A stretch of DNA of 64,000 nucleotides from the NCBI GenBank assembly GCA_001799635.1, contig MGTV01000013.1, positions 21,467 through 85,466 of the forward strand. Direction: 5' to 3'. The notes below the pieces were generated by a model that ran no database searches, was not told where the DNA came from, and was given only the letters and a program-made list of their open reading frames with translations. Of this stretch, positions 60,179 to 64,000 are shown piece by piece. How positions within the stretch are numbered: position 1 is the first letter of the stretch; each line of letters opens with the position of its first letter. The stretch is from Elusimicrobia bacterium GWA2_62_23 (lineage in GTDB: Bacteria > Elusimicrobiota > Elusimicrobia > Elusimicrobiales > UBA9959). Position numbers and translations under genes: made by a program.

Positions 60179-60820
60179 ATGACAGACACCCGAACCGGCC
60201 GTAAACTGGCGCTGGCCGCCGCCCTGATTTTCTTCTCCACTCTTGCCGTGCTGCTGGCGCGGCAGTTCAGCCTGGTCCCGGACAAGCCGGTGCCCGCCTG
60301 GCGCACCTTCGGGCCGGAGACAGCCCAGGTGAGGATAGTTGAATACACCGATTTCGCCTGCCCGGCCTGCCGCCACGCCTCGGGCAAGGTGGATGAAATG
60401 CTGAAGGTCTTTAACGGCGGCCTGCATGTCACCTTCAAGCATTACCCGCTGCTCAACATCCACCCCTGGTCGCTGCACGCGGCGGCCTACGCGGACTGCG
60501 CCGGCGAACAGGGCAAGTTCAAGGAATACGCCGACCTGCTGTTCGAGGGGCAGGAGAAATGGGGCACGGCCAGGACGATGCCCGGCGAATTCGAGGTTTA
60601 CGCCAGGCGGCTGAAGCTGGATTGGCCGGCCATCCTGGCCTGTTCCGAAGCCCCCGCCACGCTCAAGCGCCTCAAACTGGAGATCGCCGAGGGCGAAATG
60701 CGGGGCGTCAACGCCACTCCCACCTTTTTCATCAACGGGCGCCGGGCCGTGGGCTCGGCCCAGCTGATAGACCAGGCCATGAAGTTCGACAATATCCTCA
60801 GGGGCTCGGCAAAACCATGA
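60179..60820 (+). CDS. DsbA-family thioredoxin-fold thiol:disulfide oxidoreductase, membrane-anchored
   Basis: N-terminal TM helix. EYTDFACPACRHA (CxxC) and GVNATPTFFING. Confidence 0.8.
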   Translation: MTDTRTGRKLALAAALIFFSTLAVLLARQFSLVPDKPVPAWRTFGPETAQVRIVEYTDFACPACRHASGKVDEMLKVFNGGLHVTFKHYPLLNIHPWSLHAAAYADCAGEQGKFKEYADLLFEGQEKWGTARTMPGEFEVYARRLKLDWPAILACSEAPATLKRLKLEIAEGEMRGVNATPTFFINGRRAVGSAQLIDQAMKFDNILRGSAKP

Positions 60821-61281
60821 ACGAAAAACTGACGCGGCAGGACATAGGCGGGCTGATAGCGCGCCTCGCGGTAGGCGGGGTCTTCATCTACTCGGGCCTC
60901 ATCAAGGCCCTGGCCCCCGCCGAGGAATTCGCTTTCGCCATAGAGAGCTACAAAGTGGTGGGGCCGCAACTGGCCCTTATAGCGGCCAACGTGGTGCCCT
61001 GGGTGGAGCTCTGGGCCGGCCTGCTGCTCGCGGCCGGCGTCTTCACCCGCCTGACCGCCGGCTTCATAGCGCTGATGCTGGTCTTCTTCGAACTGCTGCT
61101 GGGCCAGGCCTGGCTGCGCGGCCTGGAAATCACCTCCTGCGGCTGCTTCGGCGCGGCCGGGAGCAATTCCCTGGGGCAGGAGTTCGTACAGAACCTGGCC
61201 CTGCTGCTCATCTGCGCGGCGGCCTTCAAGCACGGCCTGGGCTTTTCCGCCGACAGGGCGCTGGAGAAGCATGAAGGGTAA
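60817..61281 (+). CDS. MauE/DoxX-family membrane protein
   Basis: The ATG overlaps the dsbA-like TGA (atga). Four TM helices and an ITSCGCFG motif. Confidence 0.7.
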   Translation: MNEKLTRQDIGGLIARLAVGGVFIYSGLIKALAPAEEFAFAIESYKVVGPQLALIAANVVPWVELWAGLLLAAGVFTRLTAGFIALMLVFFELLLGQAWLRGLEITSCGCFGAAGSNSLGQEFVQNLALLLICAAAFKHGLGFSADRALEKHEG

Positions 61282-62077
61282 GGTTTTACTGCTGGCGGCC
61301 TTAACGGCCTGCGCCCTCAGCCTGGCCGCCTTCAGGCCATACAACGAGCGCTCCAGGGCCAAGACGGCCTGGATGACCGTCTCTTCCATAAAGACCGGCC
61401 AGGAATTCTACCTGGAGGTTTCCCAGGACGGCAAAGCCGTGCTGCGCGAGGAAACGGCCCGCACCCTGGTCACCCGGCGCGGCACCATAAAACCCCAGCT
61501 CGTGAAGGACTTCTTCCGCGAGATAGACAACTCCGAGATCATCAATTCCCAGAACGTGAAGGAGAGCAAGCTGGTCTTCTACCGCGGCGACATGCTCAAG
61601 ATCTCCGCCTATATCAGCGGCGAGCTCAAGCGCACCGACGCCCCCCTCAACAATTTCGGCGAGGCCTTCTCCTACGCCTTCGGCGAGGTGAAGAAAGCCG
61701 TGGCCGCCCTGCCGCAGGACAAGAACCTGCCGGCCTTCCTGCGCGCGGTGCCGGTGGAGGGCGAAGACCTGGCCTCGTTCCGCGACAAGACCGCCGTGGA
61801 CGGCGAGGTGAAGAACATAGAGACCGGCGACATCAACCGGGTCAAGCCGCTGATGGCCGCCATAAAAGAGCCCTACCGCCTGGTGCCGCTCGAGACCGAA
61901 GCCGCGGTGAAAGAACTCCAGGATTTCGTTTCCAAACGGCAGCTGCACGGCCTGCGCACCCTTTTCTACGTACCCAGTACCCGCGGCACCTTCAGGTGCG
62001 AAGTGGTGAACACTTTCAGGGCGGCGACCCCGGAGCCGGAAAAAACCCCCGCCCCGGCCCCCAAAAAGAAACGCTAA
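61271..62077 (+). CDS. Secreted hypothetical protein
   Basis: 268 aa with signal peptide MKGKVLLLAALTACALSLAA. Overlaps the previous gene by 11 nt. Confidence 0.55.
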   Translation: MKGKVLLLAALTACALSLAAFRPYNERSRAKTAWMTVSSIKTGQEFYLEVSQDGKAVLREETARTLVTRRGTIKPQLVKDFFREIDNSEIINSQNVKESKLVFYRGDMLKISAYISGELKRTDAPLNNFGEAFSYAFGEVKKAVAALPQDKNLPAFLRAVPVEGEDLASFRDKTAVDGEVKNIETGDINRVKPLMAAIKEPYRLVPLETEAAVKELQDFVSKRQLHGLRTLFYVPSTRGTFRCEVVNTFRAATPEPEKTPAPAPKKKR

Positions 62078-62107
62078 CTGGCGGGATTTTTTTGTTAGAA
62101 TAAGCCT

Positions 62108-62524
62108 ATGGCAGACGAAACGCGCATAAAAGTGGCCGCCGTCGACGACGACGAGACCATCCTTGAGATCTACGAGACGGGGCTGGCTTCGGCCGGTTTC
62201 GAGGTCATGACCTTCTCCGACCCCAAGAAAGCCCGCGAATTCTTCGCCGCGGCCAAGCCCGGCGCCGTGCCAGACGTCATCCTGATGGACATCATGATGC
62301 CCGGCGTGGACGGCATCAGCCTCATGGGCGACATCCGCTCTCACGAGGCGGCGGCCCATATCCCGATCATAGCGGTCAGCGGCCTCAACGACGCCGCCAC
62401 CCTCAACGACGCGTTGCTCTTCGGCGCCATGGACTACCTGGTAAAGCCGTTCGACCTGGACGCCCTGGTGTCCAAGATCAAGAAAGCCGCCGAACTTTCC
62501 AAGAAGCGGTCCCAGAAACCCTGA
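62108..62524 (+). CDS. Stand-alone receiver-domain response regulator
   Basis: KVAAVDDDETILEIY, DVILMDIMMPGVDG and YLVKPF. Confidence 0.8.
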   Translation: MADETRIKVAAVDDDETILEIYETGLASAGFEVMTFSDPKKAREFFAAAKPGAVPDVILMDIMMPGVDGISLMGDIRSHEAAAHIPIIAVSGLNDAATLNDALLFGAMDYLVKPFDLDALVSKIKKAAELSKKRSQKP

Positions 62525-62534
62525 AGCGCCCGGC

Positions 62535-64000
62535 ATGCGCAGACGCTTCTTCTTCCTGGCGCTGCTGTTCCTCCCCGTCTTAGCCGCCTACTGGCCCGTC
62601 CTCGGGGCCGGCTACACCAATTGGGACGACCCCGACTACACCTACAATAACCCCGCGGTAAACCGACCGACAGCAGCCAACCTTCTCAAAACAATTACCT
62701 CGCCGCGGCTGGGCCATTATCACCCGCTCACCGACCTGTCGCTGGCGGCCGAAGCCGCCGTCTTTGGCGGGCGGGCCGGGGCGCATCACGCGGGCAATCT
62801 GCTGCTGCACCTGGCCAACGCCGCGCTGGCCTTCCTGCTGCTGTCCTTTCTGCTGGGTTCGGACTGGCTGGCGCTGGGCGGGGCCCTGCTCTGGGCGCTG
62901 CACCCGGCCAACGTGGAATCGGCGGCCTGGCTGGCCGAGCGCAAGAACCTGCTTTACGCCTTCTTCTACCTGCTGGCCCTGCTGGCCTACCTGCGCGGCC
63001 GCGAGGGCCGGGGCCGCACAACGCTGGTAGCCGGCCTTTTCCTGCTGGCGCTGCTGGCCAAGGCCTCGGCTGTGACCCTGCCGCTGGCCCTGCTGGCGCT
63101 GGACTGGCGGGCCGGCCGCCCGCTGGACCGCCGCAACCTGCTGGAGAAGGCCGGGCTGCTGGCCCTGGCCGGGCTCTTCACCGTGATCGCCGCCGCGGCC
63201 CAGGCCGACCGGGGCTCGCCGCTGGCCGCCCCCTGGGGAAAGCTGCTGTCCTTCTACCTGCTGCACGCCGCCTGGCCGCTGCGGCTTTCGGCCCTCTACC
63301 CTTACAAGGAAACCCTGGCCGAACTGTCGTCGAAGCATTTACTCTACGTGCTGCCCGCCCTGGCCTTTGCCGGCGCGCTGGCCCTGGCGGTGAAGCGCGG
63401 CGCCAGGCAGGTCTCCTTCGGGCTGCTGTTCTTCCTGGTCAACATCCTGCCTTTCGCGGCCGTGATCCCCATAGGCCCGGCGCTGGCCGCGGACCGCTAC
63501 CTGTACCTGCCGCTGCTGGGCCTTATTATCGCCGGGCTGGCGGCAGCGGCGGCCCTCCTGCCCGCCGGCCGCAGGTGGCGCGCGGCGGCCGCTGCGGCCC
63601 TGTGCCTGCTGCTCGCCGCCGAGGCAAGCGTCACAGTTCCGCTGATAAAGACCTGGCGCTCCAGCGAAACGCTCTGGACCGCGGTGCTGGAGCGTTTCCC
63701 CGCCAGCGAGACCGCCAACCTGAACCTGGCCCAGGCCCTGCTGGAGCGCGGCGCCCCGGCCGCGGCCGCCCCGCGCCTGCTGGCCGTGCTGCGGATGAAC
63801 CCCGACAACGCCGACGCGCTCTACAACCTGGGCACGGCGCTGGCGCGCGCCGGCCGGCCGGCCGAGGCCCTGCCGCTGCTCCGTCGGGCCGCTTTCCTTA
63901 AGCCCTCCAACCACATGGCCTGGACCAACCTGGGCCTCACCTTCCTCGCCCTGAAACAGCCAGGCGAAGCACGCAAAACTTTCCTTACCGCCGCGGCCGC
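62535..64000 (+). CDS. Polytopic PMT/TMTC-like glycosyltransferase with C-terminal TPR repeats, 3'-truncated by the window edge
   Basis: Missing from the ORF track because it has no stop in the window. I read the frame from the ATG at 62535 codon by codon to nt 64000 without a stop. MRRRFFFLALLFLPVLAAYWP, HYHPLTDLSLA and ALHPANVESAAWLAERKNLLY, then TPR-like NPDNADALYNLGTALARAGRPAEALPLLRRA. Confidence 0.6.
   Translation, partial: MRRRFFFLALLFLPVLAAYWPVLGAGYTNWDDPDYTYNNPAVNRPTAANLLKTITSPRLGHYHPLTDLSLAAEAAVFGGRAGAHHAGNLLLHLANAALAFLLLSFLLGSDWLALGGALLWALHPANVESAAWLAERKNLLYAFFYLLALLAYLRGREGRGRTTLVAGLFLLALLAKASAVTLPLALLALDWRAGRPLDRRNLLEKAGLLALAGLFTVIAAAAQADRGSPLAAPWGKLLSFYLLHAAWPLRLSALYPYKETLAELSSKHLLYVLPALAFAGALALAVKRGARQVSFGLLFFLVNILPFAAVIPIGPALAADRYLYLPLLGLIIAGLAAAAALLPAGRRWRAAAAAALCLLLAAEASVTVPLIKTWRSSETLWTAVLERFPASETANLNLAQALLERGAPAAAAPRLLAVLRMNPDNADALYNLGTALARAGRPAEALPLLRRAAFLKPSNHMAWTNLGLTFLALKQPGEARKTFLTAAA

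Noticed and set aside
59214-61281. Track ORFs 59214..60170 (318 aa) and 60559..61281 (240 aa) taken as whole genes
   Set aside because: Their 5' parts overlap gpmI and the DsbA-like gene out of frame and are Arg/Gly-rich. Only the 3' parts (DUF167 from 59952, MauE-like from 60817) look like real proteins.
1-64000. Whole-window scan for CRISPR arrays, rRNA, tRNA, transposases and integrases
   Set aside because: I saw no regularly spaced direct repeats, no rRNA- or tRNA-like conserved strings, and no DDE or tyrosine-recombinase-like ORFs. This was a by-eye scan, so short or degenerate elements could have been missed.

Overview
This is a 64-kb, high-GC segment. By my count nt 8401-8460 hold 39 G+C of 60, and most of the window looks similar. 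The gene content suggests a diderm, anaerobe-type bacterium: many beta-barrel OMPs, a TonB-dependent receptor, HdrA/Qmo-type flavoproteins and DUF134/NifX-like Fe-S genes. The taxon cannot be assigned from sequence alone. I support about 65 CDS. Two are missing from the supplied ORF track because they run off the window edges (1..1488 minus; 62535..64000 plus). I also call one cobalamin riboswitch, several intrinsic terminators and several palindromic candidate operators. I saw no rRNA, tRNA, CRISPR array, transposase or integrase.

Layout:
- 1-1.5 kb: a low-GC foreign-looking gene (TIGR04141/DUF6119-like) cut by the window edge.
- 1.6-10.7 kb: MazG-like gene, Pro/Ala-rich TPR protein, PLD, 5'-nucleotidase, and a YhaO/YhaN-type SbcCD-like pair.
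- 10.7-19.6 kb: a co-directional metal-homeostasis block (Fur, ferritin, B12-riboswitch-controlled TonB receptor, DUF134/NifX-like/NifU-like/4Fe-4S genes, His-rich porin, Zn/Mn-type ABC binding protein and permease).
- 20.6-25.3 kb: TolC plus RND pump with no adaptor gene.
- 26.7-30.7 kb: periplasmic Prx6-type peroxiredoxin, OMP, and an ECF sigma/anti-sigma operon with RGG-tailed secreted proteins.
- 31.2-39.4 kb (window centre): an ArsR-headed 11-gene operon joining TusA, a degenerate MvhD-like protein, two HdrA-like flavoproteins, a QmoC-like membrane subunit, DsrE/CGGC/DrsE_2 proteins and a FadL-type OM channel. No apr, sat, dsr or hdrB gene is in the window. This is my best candidate for an undescribed system.
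- 41-51.2 kb: a 2.4k-residue beta-helix/FN3/Ig surface protein with a T9SS-like C-terminal domain, translationally coupled to a PorV-like barrel.
- 51.2-64 kb: E. coli-like gsk, a secreted deiminase-fold protein, housekeeping genes (tag, gpmI, yjbQ-like), a DsbA-MauE pair, and a receiver protein followed by a TPR/PMT-like membrane glycosyltransferase.

Most long ORFs antisense to these genes are high-GC shadow frames and were rejected. All family calls rest on motifs I recognise by eye. No database search was run.
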